Positions 37,237 through 46,594 of a stretch of DNA of 64,000 nucleotides are shown here, piece by piece. Each line of letters starts with the position of its first letter. The stretch's first letter is position 1. The position numbers and the translations under genes are program-made. The stretch lies in contig CAZQKK010000001.1 in the NCBI GenBank assembly GCA_964593885.1, positions 425,929 to 489,928 on the forward strand, read 5' to 3'. Below the pieces are notes generated by a model, which was given only the letters and a program-made list of their open reading frames with translations, was not told the DNA's origin and did no database searches. This DNA is from an uncultured Candidatus Saccharibacteria bacterium. GTDB taxonomy: Bacteria > Patescibacteriota > UBA1384 > CAILIB01.

Positions 37237-38697
37237 ATGTCACACCAGCTTCCCTACACCATTACCGTTGGCCTCGAGGTTCACGTGGAGCTCTCCACCC
37301 AGACAAAGATGTTCTGCAGGTGCTTGAACAACCCCTTCCTTGCCGAGAAGCCAAACATGTACGTCTGCCCGGTCTGCCTTGGTCTACCTGGTGCTCTTCC
37401 CGTGCCTAACAAGGAGGCGGTGAGGAAAACGGTGCTCGTAGGTTTGGCGCTCAACTCGGAGCTTAGTAAGCTCTCAAAGTGGGATAGGAAGCACTACTTC
37501 TACCCAGACCTCCCCAAGGGGTACCAGATTTCCCAGTTTGACCTCCCATTCTGTGTTGGGGGGAGCATTGATCTTCTGGGCGAAGATGGCACGGTGGCAT
37601 CTACGGTTAGGTTTGAGCGAGCTCACCTTGAGGAAGACGCTGGTAAGCTCCAGCACGGTGGAAAGCCGGGTTACTCGGTGGTAGACCTCAACCGAGCCGG
37701 GGTACCACTCTTGGAAATGGTTACCAAGCCAGACATCACCTCGGCAACCCAGGCGCGCCAGTTCCTCCAGGAGATGCAGCAGCTGGTGAGGACACTTGGA
37801 GTTTCTGATGCTGACATGGAGAAGGGTCAGATGAGGTGCGATGTAAACATCAGCATCCAGTTCCCCGAGCTTACTGCGGCAGGACTTCCCCACACCCCAA
37901 TTACCGAGGTGAAGAACGTCAACTCAAGCCGGGCGGTTGAGAGGTCAATTACCACTGAAGCTCAGCGCCAGTACGATGAGTGGATGGCGGGTGGTTCTAT
38001 CACTAAGCGCACCGGAAAAATCACGGTGGGCTGGGACGAAAATACCGAGACCGTGAACCTGCAGCGCGCCAAAGAGGGGACAGCTGACTACCGCTACATG
38101 CCCGAGCCAGATCTCCCACCGGTGAGGGTGTACGATGACCCAGAGCTCAACCCAGACGTGTTGCGTAAGACTTTGCCAGAGCTGCCAAATGCCAGAAAGC
38201 TGCGGTACGTCTCAGCTGGTATCACCGTCAAAGATGCCACCACTCTCATGCTCGATGCCTCACGCCTCGCCACCTTTGATGCCTCACTTGCTCTAGATGT
38301 AAGTAAGGCAAAGCAGCTGGCCAACTGGCTTATCAATGCAGATGGGGCGGCTAGCTTCGCCCCCAAAGATCTCGTTGAGCTGGTGGCACTTGCCGAGGCT
38401 GGTGAAGTTTCATTCTCGGCGGTGAAGCCAAAACTCCCTCTCGTACTCGAGAAAGTAGCGGGTGGAAGCAACCTTAAAGATGCCATCTCGACACTAGGTC
38501 TCCTCCAGGTGCACAATGAAGCTGTGGTACAATCAGCTGTAGCAGCAGTTCTTGCCGAACACGCAGCAGTGGTTGCTGACTACAAGGCAGGAAATGAGAA
38601 GGTCTTTGGGTTCCTCGTCGGTCAGGCCATGCGAAAGGCTGCCGGAGGCGCTCAACCTGCAAAGCTCCAAGACTCACTACGAGAAGCACTCAAGTAA
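37237..38697 (+). CDS. gatB: Asp/Glu-tRNA amidotransferase subunit B
   Basis: N-terminus YTITVGLEVHVELSTQTKMFC, GatB/YqeY C-terminal domain. Confidence 0.9.
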   Translation: MSHQLPYTITVGLEVHVELSTQTKMFCRCLNNPFLAEKPNMYVCPVCLGLPGALPVPNKEAVRKTVLVGLALNSELSKLSKWDRKHYFYPDLPKGYQISQFDLPFCVGGSIDLLGEDGTVASTVRFERAHLEEDAGKLQHGGKPGYSVVDLNRAGVPLLEMVTKPDITSATQARQFLQEMQQLVRTLGVSDADMEKGQMRCDVNISIQFPELTAAGLPHTPITEVKNVNSSRAVERSITTEAQRQYDEWMAGGSITKRTGKITVGWDENTETVNLQRAKEGTADYRYMPEPDLPPVRVYDDPELNPDVLRKTLPELPNARKLRYVSAGITVKDATTLMLDASRLATFDASLALDVSKAKQLANWLINADGAASFAPKDLVELVALAEAGEVSFSAVKPKLPLVLEKVAGGSNLKDAISTLGLLQVHNEAVVQSAVAAVLAEHAAVVADYKAGNEKVFGFLVGQAMRKAAGGAQPAKLQDSLREALK

Positions 38698-38709
38698 CCA
38701 AATTCACCA

Positions 38710-40392
38710 ATGGCTGAAGATGAAGTACTGCAGGCTGAGGGGAATGCAGGTGATGCGCCAGCAGAGAGCGCACCTGATCCTGTAGTTGAGAAGCCAGAGG
38801 ATGCACCAGAGAAAGAAAAGGGCAAGGCAAAAGTTTCTGGTAAGCGCTCAAAGTGGCCCTACATTATTACTGGAACCATCCTGGTACTGGGTGTTGCCAG
38901 CTACGCTTTCCATATACCGGAGAGACTCCTGGACATGTACCAGACAACCTCGGTTACCCTCAAGGTTAAGGAAGCCGATAAGTTTCCTGTTGAGGGAGCA
39001 GTGGTTACTGTAGACGGGAAAACGTACACTAGCGATACAAACGGTAAGGTAACCATTCCTGCAATTATTGAGGGGAACTACACGGTAACCATTACAAAGG
39101 ATGGCTACCAGGCCTTCAGTGGTGAGCTCAATGTCCTGAGAGGAAGTGATGAGCTCAAGGTGTACTCACTCATTAAAGAAGGTGAAAAACTCTACGGCAT
39201 CAGCGGTGTAGTGAACAACTTTGTTACCGGTGCTGCTCTTGCAGATGTCCAGGTAACCTTGGGGAGTACCACGGTGAATACCAATGCAGCGGGTGAGTAC
39301 AGCTTCACAAAACTTGCTAGTGGCGACCAGAAGCTCACCTTTGGCAAAACCGGCTACAGTGTGGTTACCAGGAGCGAAACAATTCTTACCGAAGATCTCA
39401 AGCTCACAGCAACCGCTCTCAGCCCAGTAGGGAAGGTTGTTTTCGTCTCAAACAGAACCGGTGGGAAGCGAGCAATCTACCAGAGCAACTACGACGGAAC
39501 CGAGCAGGCACTCCTCGTTACTCCCGTTGGTACTACCGAAGACTACGGGCCAAAGTTTTCACCAGACGGTTCATACGTTGTCTTCTCAACGAGTCGCGAT
39601 GGCGTCGTCTCCCCTTACGGCGGTGAGCTTACCAAGCTCTACCTGGTTGGCAAAGATGGCAAAAACCTCAAGAAGCTGTCAGATGACTACAGTGCCCAGG
39701 CCTTGGTTTGGTCGCCAACCGGAAGTAGCCTCTACTTCAGCGCCTACAGCGATACCAAGCTCTCATCCTCAGTGAGTAAGTTCTACAACATCGGGAAGGG
39801 TGACGTCTTTGAGATAGAAAAAGGGGCTGCTAACGTAACCTTCAGCGAGAAGAGTGAGAAAGCCCTCTACACCACCTACAGCGATACTGTCTCGGTGATG
39901 CGAACGGTTAACCCAGTTACCGGTGAACGCGCGATCATCTCACAGAAGGTAGGGTACATGGAGACTCCAGTTTGGGCAGATAACGATGCTACCGTTACCT
40001 ACGGCTTGGTTAAACAAGATGGTAGTAGGGTGTACTACAAACTCCAGGTTGCTGACGGCAGTGAGGTTGAAGTTGCTGCGCCAAGCCAAACCGCAACCAA
40101 AACTCTCATTGCATCGCCTAACGGGAAGTACTCAGTCTTTGTGGCTGAACGCGATGGCAAGAAAGACCTATTCAGGCAGGATGCAAATGGCAAGAACGAG
40201 CTCAAGCTTACAACCCTTGGGGTAGTTAGTAGCGCCACCCAGCCTCGCTGGGATCCAAGCGGTTCGTACCTCACCTTTGCGGTGGTACGTGAGAATGAAA
40301 CCGCTCTCTACATAGTGAGCGCTGATGGGGGAAGTGCCCAGAAGATTACTGATTTCTTCAACGATCCAAACCCTCCTAGCTACGGCCTCTAG
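38710..40392 (+). CDS. membrane-anchored protein with carboxypeptidase-regulatory-like (Ig-like) domains and C-terminal TolB-like beta-propeller (PD40 repeats)
   Basis: TM helix; repeats GKVTIPA..GNYTVTITKDGY and GEYSF..GDQKLTFGKTGY; PD40-like VVFVSNRTGGKRAIYQSNYDG...FSPDGSYVVFSTSRDG. Confidence 0.65.
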   Translation: MAEDEVLQAEGNAGDAPAESAPDPVVEKPEDAPEKEKGKAKVSGKRSKWPYIITGTILVLGVASYAFHIPERLLDMYQTTSVTLKVKEADKFPVEGAVVTVDGKTYTSDTNGKVTIPAIIEGNYTVTITKDGYQAFSGELNVLRGSDELKVYSLIKEGEKLYGISGVVNNFVTGAALADVQVTLGSTTVNTNAAGEYSFTKLASGDQKLTFGKTGYSVVTRSETILTEDLKLTATALSPVGKVVFVSNRTGGKRAIYQSNYDGTEQALLVTPVGTTEDYGPKFSPDGSYVVFSTSRDGVVSPYGGELTKLYLVGKDGKNLKKLSDDYSAQALVWSPTGSSLYFSAYSDTKLSSSVSKFYNIGKGDVFEIEKGAANVTFSEKSEKALYTTYSDTVSVMRTVNPVTGERAIISQKVGYMETPVWADNDATVTYGLVKQDGSRVYYKLQVADGSEVEVAAPSQTATKTLIASPNGKYSVFVAERDGKKDLFRQDANGKNELKLTTLGVVSSATQPRWDPSGSYLTFAVVRENETALYIVSADGGSAQKITDFFNDPNPPSYGL

Positions 40393-40401
40393 GCAACCAC
40401 C

Positions 40402-40695
40402 ATGCTCTCTACACTAGATCTCCTCTACATTGTTCTCTCACTCTGCTGCATCATCGTTACGGTGATGCTGGTACTGCTCGGCAGCGAGCTGTTACGTATC
40501 CTCAAAGATGCCCGAAGTATCGCGAACAATATCGAGCAAATTTCACACCTAGTTCACAGGGTGGCTGCTATTATTATTCCAGGGGTTGAGAGGGCTGCCC
40601 ACAAGGCAGACACCACCGTTTCAGAGGTGCAAGATACCGTTTCAAGCCTCATTGGGAGATTTAGCCGTAACGCCTCAAAGAAGAGTAAGAAATAG
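40402..40695 (+). CDS. DUF948-like small membrane protein
   Basis: 97 aa, N-terminal TM then coiled region (ARSIANNIEQISHLVHRV) as in DUF948/YtxG-like proteins. Confidence 0.45.
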   Translation: MLSTLDLLYIVLSLCCIIVTVMLVLLGSELLRILKDARSIANNIEQISHLVHRVAAIIIPGVERAAHKADTTVSEVQDTVSSLIGRFSRNASKKSKK

Positions 40696-40701
40696 ACTAG
40701 C

Positions 40702-41979
40702 ATGACAAAGACACAACCTATGGAAAGCGAAGAGACAACCCACATTCCAGAGCCAGACCACGAGTGGCATGCCAGGCACGGGGTGCAGCACCAGCGCAGA
40801 GACCTGCGTAAGCCTTTTGCGGTGTTCTTGGCACTCCTAGTAGTGCTCATGGTGGGAGGAGCTGGGGGAGTTATTGGTTTCATTAGCCTCACCAATAGCG
40901 ATGCACCATGGGCCAGGGAGGCTCGTTCGCTCCTGAAACTTGATGAGCTCTCAGAGCTACGCGTACCTATTAAGCAGGATCTCAAACTTGAAGAGAGTTC
41001 AGCGGTTATTGATGCGGCAAAGAAGGTTTCACCTGCGGTGGTTTCAGTTACTGCTAACGCAAACGTTACCGACTTTTTCACCGGCACAACCTCTAGTCAA
41101 GAGGTGGGTGGTGGGACTGGTTTCATCATTACCTCAGACGGTCTCATCATCACCAACAAGCACGTCATCAGCCAGCAGGCCAACTACAAGGTGGTCTTGA
41201 GCGATGGGAGAATCTTTGATGCCACCATTAAGGCAGTTGATCCCCTCAATGACCTTGCCGTAGTGAAGATTGATGCAAAGGATCTTCCCGTTGTAGAGCT
41301 TGGTAGCTCAGATGGTCTCCAGATTGGCCAGTACGTTATTGCAGTTGGAAATGCCCTAGGTGAGTTCAAGAACTCAGTTACCCTAGGTGTGGTTTCAGCC
41401 AAAGATAGGAAGCTTGAGAACGTAGGGAGTGGTAGCCAGACAGAGACCCTCACCGATCTCATCCAGACAGATGCTGCTATTAACCCAGGAAACTCAGGAG
41501 GTCCACTGGTAAACATGGCTGGACAGGTGGTTGGCATCAACACCGCCATTGCCTCAAATAGCGGTGGATCAATTGGCCTCGGGTTTGCCATCTCAATTGA
41601 TAGCGTCAAAACCGTCATTGAGAGTGTCAGAAAAACAGGAGAAATTGTCAGGCCTTACATGGGGGTTAGGTACGTTCCAATTACCAAAGCTGTCCAGCAG
41701 GCAAACAACCTCACAGTAGACTATGGTGTTCTGGTGAGTCGCGGTACAAGTAGCCTCCTGGAGCTTGCAGTCATCCCTGGAAGTCCAGCTGATAAAGCTG
41801 GCATTATCGAGAACGACATCATCCTCAGCATCAACGGAGACAAGATTGACGCCACCAACACGCTCCCACGTCGCATGGCAAAGTTCCAGGTAGGCGAAAC
41901 GGTTGATGTGAAGATCCTCAGGAAGGGTGAAGAGCAAACCATCAAGGTAACCCTGGAGAAACTCCAGGCTAGCAACTAA
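40702..41979 (+). CDS. htrA: HtrA/DegP-family serine protease with PDZ domain
   Basis: catalytic triad context TNKHVI, DLAVVKI, GNSGGPLVN; C-terminal PDZ (GSPADKAGIIENDIILSING). Confidence 0.85.
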   Translation: MTKTQPMESEETTHIPEPDHEWHARHGVQHQRRDLRKPFAVFLALLVVLMVGGAGGVIGFISLTNSDAPWAREARSLLKLDELSELRVPIKQDLKLEESSAVIDAAKKVSPAVVSVTANANVTDFFTGTTSSQEVGGGTGFIITSDGLIITNKHVISQQANYKVVLSDGRIFDATIKAVDPLNDLAVVKIDAKDLPVVELGSSDGLQIGQYVIAVGNALGEFKNSVTLGVVSAKDRKLENVGSGSQTETLTDLIQTDAAINPGNSGGPLVNMAGQVVGINTAIASNSGGSIGLGFAISIDSVKTVIESVRKTGEIVRPYMGVRYVPITKAVQQANNLTVDYGVLVSRGTSSLLELAVIPGSPADKAGIIENDIILSINGDKIDATNTLPRRMAKFQVGETVDVKILRKGEEQTIKVTLEKLQASN

Positions 41980-42689
41980 TGACTTTTCTAGGAGGCATGT
42001 TTGGGGGCGCTGAAGGACTTCCTCCTGTAGAGAAAGTGGTAACTCCAGAGCTTGCCATAGAGCGAAGGTTGGGCGAGGAGGCACCCGATGAACATGAGGT
42101 TGTAGTTGAGATTCACCCAACCAACCCTCCTAGCGTCCAGCGCTTTGAGCAAGATCAGTCTGCTACGCCATCGCTTGCTGCTCAGGCACCATGGCTGCGC
42201 CCCGGTGTTGCTGTGGGTGAGCTACATTTCAGCTTCACTTCAGCAGGCTCTCCATCAGATAGTGTTGCTGAGAAGCCAGCACCAGTTGAGCAGGAAACCA
42301 CCGAGGTGGTTACTGAAGTAGTGCCAAGGCGGGTGCGTGCAGAGAGGTTTAAGCCAGGTGAGGAAATCCTCGCCCTCGATATTGAGCGAGCAAATCTTAG
42401 AGCTGAAATTGGAGATCTTGAAGGTGCCCTTGCAGCGCTTGAAGACGAAGTTGCAGCAACTCCCATACTGCGGAGGCAGTTGCTGGTTGTGCGCAGCCTG
42501 AGACATAAAAAAGATACAGAACTGCAACTTGCTAGAGCCCAAGCTCAGCTTGCAAAGAAGGAGTCTCGCCGGACCTACCTGCTCAGTGTACGAGATGGCC
42601 TCAGGAAGCTTGGCGAGGACCAGGAAAAAATGGGTGAAATTGACTTCGACGACTGGGTTGAAGAGAAACCTACGCCTGAAGAGGAATAA
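41979..42689 (+). CDS. hypothetical protein with C-terminal coiled-coil
   Basis: 236 aa; TAATG overlap with the htrA stop suggests co-translation. Confidence 0.45.
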   Translation: MTFLGGMFGGAEGLPPVEKVVTPELAIERRLGEEAPDEHEVVVEIHPTNPPSVQRFEQDQSATPSLAAQAPWLRPGVAVGELHFSFTSAGSPSDSVAEKPAPVEQETTEVVTEVVPRRVRAERFKPGEEILALDIERANLRAEIGDLEGALAALEDEVAATPILRRQLLVVRSLRHKKDTELQLARAQAQLAKKESRRTYLLSVRDGLRKLGEDQEKMGEIDFDDWVEEKPTPEEE

Positions 42690-43584
42690 TCTCGAGGATA
42701 CGGTCTAGATCTGCGTAGTCTTTGTGGACGGTGATGGTGGCCCCTGGGAAAGCAGCTTGAGCGAGGGGTTTGAGAGCAGGAGTTTGATCCTCGCCGTACT
42801 CAACGATGACGCGTCCACCCGGTGCTAGGTAGGAAGGTGCTTCGGCAAAGAAGGAGCGATAGAGACCAAGGCCATCTTCGTCCCCCCCAAAGAGCGCTAC
42901 ATCAGGCTCATGGAAGAGGACATCAGGTTGAGCATCAGGGTTCATTCGCCAAGCGGGAGCGATGTAGGGGAGGTTTGCGGTAATGAGCTGGAAGCGCTTC
43001 CCGGCAAATTTTTCGTGGGCGAAGAGGTCTGCTTCCAGGAAAGAAATTGCTGTGTGGGGGCTAGGCCTTGGGTTGAGTGTTTCGTAGTTTTCTCTGGCGA
43101 GAGCAAGGGCTTCGGCTGAGACATCAGTGAGGATGAGGGTGGCAGGGATGTGTAACGCCTCAAGCTCAAGTGCTAGGGTGACGCCAATGTTTCCAGCACC
43201 AGTGCCAAGCTCTAGGACCGAAACCGGGCAGGGCTTGTTGGTTGCCTTGGCGTTAGTGGTAAACCACTGGGTGAGAAATGGTACGGCGAGATCAATTACC
43301 CCCTCAGTTTCGGGGCGAGGAATGAGGGCTCGCGAATCACACTTGAAAGGTCTGCTGTAGAACTCTTTAACGCCGGTGATGTAGGCTACTGGCTCGTTGT
43401 GCTGCCTTCGCTCCAGAAAACTCTGGTAGGTTGCAACCTGTTCTGGGGTGAGGAGCTGCTCCGGGTGGGTGTGGAGGTGCTCACGCGAGCAGGTAAGGAC
43501 ATGGGCGAGGAGAACCTCAGCTTCCCTAAAGGAAACTGGGATGCTGCTGACGTTGAGAGCTTGAGAGATAGTGGTGGGTGACAT
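42670..43584 (-). CDS. prmC: release factor glutamine N5-methyltransferase PrmC/HemK
   Basis: N-terminal SFREAEVLLAHVL, SAM motif VLELGTGAGNIG, substrate motif ANLPY (NPPY variant); ORF extends to a GTG at 43671 but the ATG at 43584 matches the E. coli N-terminus. Confidence 0.8.
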   Translation of the reverse strand: MSPTTISQALNVSSIPVSFREAEVLLAHVLTCSREHLHTHPEQLLTPEQVATYQSFLERRQHNEPVAYITGVKEFYSRPFKCDSRALIPRPETEGVIDLAVPFLTQWFTTNAKATNKPCPVSVLELGTGAGNIGVTLALELEALHIPATLILTDVSAEALALARENYETLNPRPSPHTAISFLEADLFAHEKFAGKRFQLITANLPYIAPAWRMNPDAQPDVLFHEPDVALFGGDEDGLGLYRSFFAEAPSYLAPGGRVIVEYGEDQTPALKPLAQAAFPGATITVHKDYADLDRILEIIPLQA

Positions 43585-43655
43585 ACAGCGCCAAGCATAG
43601 CAGAAATCAGGTAAACATTGCACATACGTTGTCTGGGGCTGTACACTGTAAGCGT

Positions 43656-43943
43656 ATGAAGTCTCCTGCACATTTTTTGAAGGCTCACCGGTACTTGGTG
43701 ATTTCAGTTGCCTACGTAGCGGTTATGGCGGGTGCTAGCTACTGGCCAGCACCAGGTGGAGAGGTTGCTGGGGTAACAGACCACCAATTCTCTGTAGAAA
43801 AGCTTCCGAGTAACTTGCCAAATAGGGATTTAGCTATTGAGGAAGCGATTGCAAAGGGTCAGAAAAGTTACGTATTTACTACTAACTTCATTCCTGGGAT
43901 TGGAGTTGTCTCCCAGGAAGGAAGCATGAACCTCAACCAGTAA
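43656..43943 (+). CDS. hypothetical small exported/membrane protein
   Basis: ATG at 43656 inside ORF 43578..43943; N-terminal hydrophobic segment YLVISVAYVAVMAGA; first of four consecutive + strand hypotheticals. Confidence 0.35.
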   Translation: MKSPAHFLKAHRYLVISVAYVAVMAGASYWPAPGGEVAGVTDHQFSVEKLPSNLPNRDLAIEEAIAKGQKSYVFTTNFIPGIGVVSQEGSMNLNQ

Positions 43944-43952
43944 TAACTACCC

Positions 43953-44792
43953 ATGCGTTTACTTCGCTCACAACTTGTGGCGCCAGCTCTCACCTTCCTC
44001 TGCTTTGGCATAGGATCTGCCTTCTTGGTTTCAGGTGTGGTGCCAAAGATCTTTGGCGAGACAAAGGCTGTTGAAGCAGCTGCTAAGCAGTACACCAGTA
44101 CCTGGACTGCCAAAAGGGTGATCAGGGCGCAGTGGGGAGGGTTATGTGTGAGAGGCGTTGGATGTACCCTACAGCAGACCACCTACACAAATGCGGGGAA
44201 AAGCTACCCATATGGTGGTAACTACATCAATGAGTCACTTTCTGGTAGGTCTGTTTCTATTGGGGTGGCCGAATGGGAGGTGAAGGGTCAAGTTCCCTCA
44301 AATGGTACCTACTTCAAAGAAACGTGGGCTATTCCTGGTAGTAAGGATTTAGATGTGAGGTTTGAGAAGGTTGATAACAACTTCAGCACTACTGGAAAAC
44401 GAGTGGTTACCAGTGTATCACCAGATACTGTTAACCTGAAACAGTTCCTCATTGGTATCTCAGACCAATCTTACGCGGTAAGGCTCTTCACAACTACAGC
44501 CCCTACAAGTGGACCGGTTGGCGCAAACAGTGGTACTCAGTTTGGGAATGGTGCCTCAAGCTGTAATGGTACCGGTGGTGAGACAGGGAGTGGTGGTATG
44601 ATGGGCTCCTTCTGTATAACCTCTACTGGTAGCTACGGTTGGTACCGTGGGAAAGCAGGGGCAGATGTGGGGGGAAGTTCGTATTTCCCAACGTACACAT
44701 CTGATAGTAATGCTGCAGGAACTTTCATGCCACTTAGCTGGACAGTTGTTGGGAACGTCTGTGACAAGGCCACTGACCCAGAGTGTAAGTAG
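43953..44792 (+). CDS. hypothetical exported Cys-containing protein
   Basis: 279 aa, N-terminal signal-anchor LTFLCFGIGSAFLVSGVV; 8 Cys mostly paired (CVRGVGC, CDKATDPEC). Confidence 0.5.
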   Translation: MRLLRSQLVAPALTFLCFGIGSAFLVSGVVPKIFGETKAVEAAAKQYTSTWTAKRVIRAQWGGLCVRGVGCTLQQTTYTNAGKSYPYGGNYINESLSGRSVSIGVAEWEVKGQVPSNGTYFKETWAIPGSKDLDVRFEKVDNNFSTTGKRVVTSVSPDTVNLKQFLIGISDQSYAVRLFTTTAPTSGPVGANSGTQFGNGASSCNGTGGETGSGGMMGSFCITSTGSYGWYRGKAGADVGGSSYFPTYTSDSNAAGTFMPLSWTVVGNVCDKATDPECK

Positions 44793-44830
44793 CTCGTTTC
44801 GCCTAACTTCACCACATAAGGAGAACTCAC

Positions 44831-45568
44831 ATGAGCGATTGGTCAAACGGACTCCAACTCCCCGACGAAAAGCCTGAGACAGAGAAGCCAATGCCCCTGC
44901 ACGAGGAGAGGCAGCCCTCACCCGAGGCACGGCACGAGCACCCACATGAGGTGCGGCACGAGAAGGTGCTCCACACCGATAAGCGTAAAGTTGGGAAGGG
45001 TAAGCCTGCCTTTTCGGGTATCTCCCAGGTTCAGATAGGTATTGGGGTGGCGACCGTCCTCGTTATCTCCCTCACTGCGGTACTGGCGTACCGAAGCACT
45101 GACAACGTGAGGAAGACTGAGGAACAGAATGAGCTCACCCAGCAGAGCAAGCGCTCACTAGAGCCAGGCGTCTGGGTGGCTGAGAACTTCGTTGCAACCT
45201 TCAAGGTAACATCGCCTTGGGAGGTGGTGCTTTCGGATACTGATATGTGGATAGCATCCTACAAGGAGGAGGGAATCACCGGCCAGCTTGAGGCGAGCAT
45301 CCAAGATAGTAGCTTCTCTGATCCCCTCAATGGTACCCCTCTGGATTTTGCAAGTATCCAAGGTTTGTACTCCCAGACCAGCCAGCTGACGTTTGATGGT
45401 GGTAGCGAGGTGAGGCGGGTAACCAGCATCGTAGGTGCTCTCTACAAAGGAACTCAAATTGGCATCCAGTTTACCCTCCAGGGGAGCGAAGATGTGCTGA
45501 CAGATGAAAAAGTAGCTACTCTCACCACACAGTTCAAGCAATTCCTTTCAGATGCCACGATTGAGTAA
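44831..45568 (+). CDS. hypothetical membrane-anchored protein (His/Glu-rich N-terminus, one TM, C-terminal globular domain)
   Basis: 245 aa; TM IGIGVATVLVISLTAVLAY. Confidence 0.5.
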   Translation: MSDWSNGLQLPDEKPETEKPMPLHEERQPSPEARHEHPHEVRHEKVLHTDKRKVGKGKPAFSGISQVQIGIGVATVLVISLTAVLAYRSTDNVRKTEEQNELTQQSKRSLEPGVWVAENFVATFKVTSPWEVVLSDTDMWIASYKEEGITGQLEASIQDSSFSDPLNGTPLDFASIQGLYSQTSQLTFDGGSEVRRVTSIVGALYKGTQIGIQFTLQGSEDVLTDEKVATLTTQFKQFLSDATIE

Positions 45569-46541
45569 GCTTTCTCGTTTTGCGGTGGCATTCCTCCTCA
45601 TATCGGCGCCATTTGTTTCTGCTACGCCAGTAGGTGCTACGGCGCCTCCGCCAGCTAGTAACCTCTGTGCCATTATTGTGGGGCTCTGTGATGCAGCTCC
45701 GGCACCCCTTCCAGACTTTAGGTTTACGGTAAGGTCTGGCGCCACGTCACGTACGGTAATTAACAACACCGAGTTAGCCTTTCCAGTAACCCTTAAGGTC
45801 ACCAATGGAAGTGATGAGTTTACACTCTCAAGTGTGAGGTTCTACGATCAGAAGCGTGTTCTCCCTCCTGACACAACCTGCTATGCCTTCAGAACAAACC
45901 TGCTCTCTCCAGGTATTGGGGTGAAGGGACCTGCGAGCAACCCAAACGTCCCCTGGAAGCAGGCGGTAAACAACGAGCCGTGGGGGCCAAGTTTCGGACC
46001 AAGCTCAATTACCTTCACCAACATCCCTCGCAACAAGCTGAGCAAGGTGCAGATTGGGATTTCATGTGACTACCTGGGGCAGACGTACCGTCGCTCGGTA
46101 CTCTTCAGTATCCAGGGTTTTGACGACACAACCGGAGGGGTGGCAGCAATGACTTTCCACAGGGTAAATCCTCCACCTATTGATAGGACAAGTGCCATTC
46201 AAACAGGAACAGCCCTTCTGTGGTGGACCATTCGTAACAATGTGGGTGTCTGTACGATTACCGAGGTGAGGAGCGATGGCAACTACCAGCCACCTATTAG
46301 TAGGTGGGGGACAGATGCCTACATTAAGGCAAACCTGGGGAGTAGCCTAGGGGTAGGGCTGACCGTAGACTACCCAGCGGTGCCTGGTTCAAATCGCTAC
46401 ACCTTCACCATGAAGTGTAGCAACGTGACAAACCCAATTGACGCAACCATCACTGCTACGAGGATAAACAACGGCGGAGGAGGCGGAGGATCTAGCCAGG
46501 GGAAGGTACTTGACTACGGTAGGGGAACCCAGAGGTTCTAG
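45552..46541 (+). CDS. hypothetical secreted protein with Gly-rich C-terminal tail
   Basis: signal peptide MPRLSKLSRFAVAFLLISAPFVSA; 329 aa; C-terminal NNGGGGGGSS. Confidence 0.5.
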   Translation: MPRLSKLSRFAVAFLLISAPFVSATPVGATAPPPASNLCAIIVGLCDAAPAPLPDFRFTVRSGATSRTVINNTELAFPVTLKVTNGSDEFTLSSVRFYDQKRVLPPDTTCYAFRTNLLSPGIGVKGPASNPNVPWKQAVNNEPWGPSFGPSSITFTNIPRNKLSKVQIGISCDYLGQTYRRSVLFSIQGFDDTTGGVAAMTFHRVNPPPIDRTSAIQTGTALLWWTIRNNVGVCTITEVRSDGNYQPPISRWGTDAYIKANLGSSLGVGLTVDYPAVPGSNRYTFTMKCSNVTNPIDATITATRINNGGGGGGSSQGKVLDYGRGTQRF

Positions 46542-46563
46542 TTTCGTACAGATGACGGGTATC

Positions 46564-46594
46564 AAAAAAACTCAGGCCAGATGCCTGAGTTTTT
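46564..46594. terminator. bidirectional intrinsic terminator (A7-CTCAGGC-CAGAT-GCCTGAG-T5)
   Basis: lies between convergent genes 45552..46541(+) and prfA(-). Confidence 0.7.

Noticed and set aside
43585-43671. Longer prmC start (GTG at 43671)
   Set aside because: The extra 29 residues (MQETSYAYSVQPQTTYVQCLPDFCYAWRC) have no PrmC counterpart; the ATG at 43584 gives an N-terminus matching E. coli PrmC.
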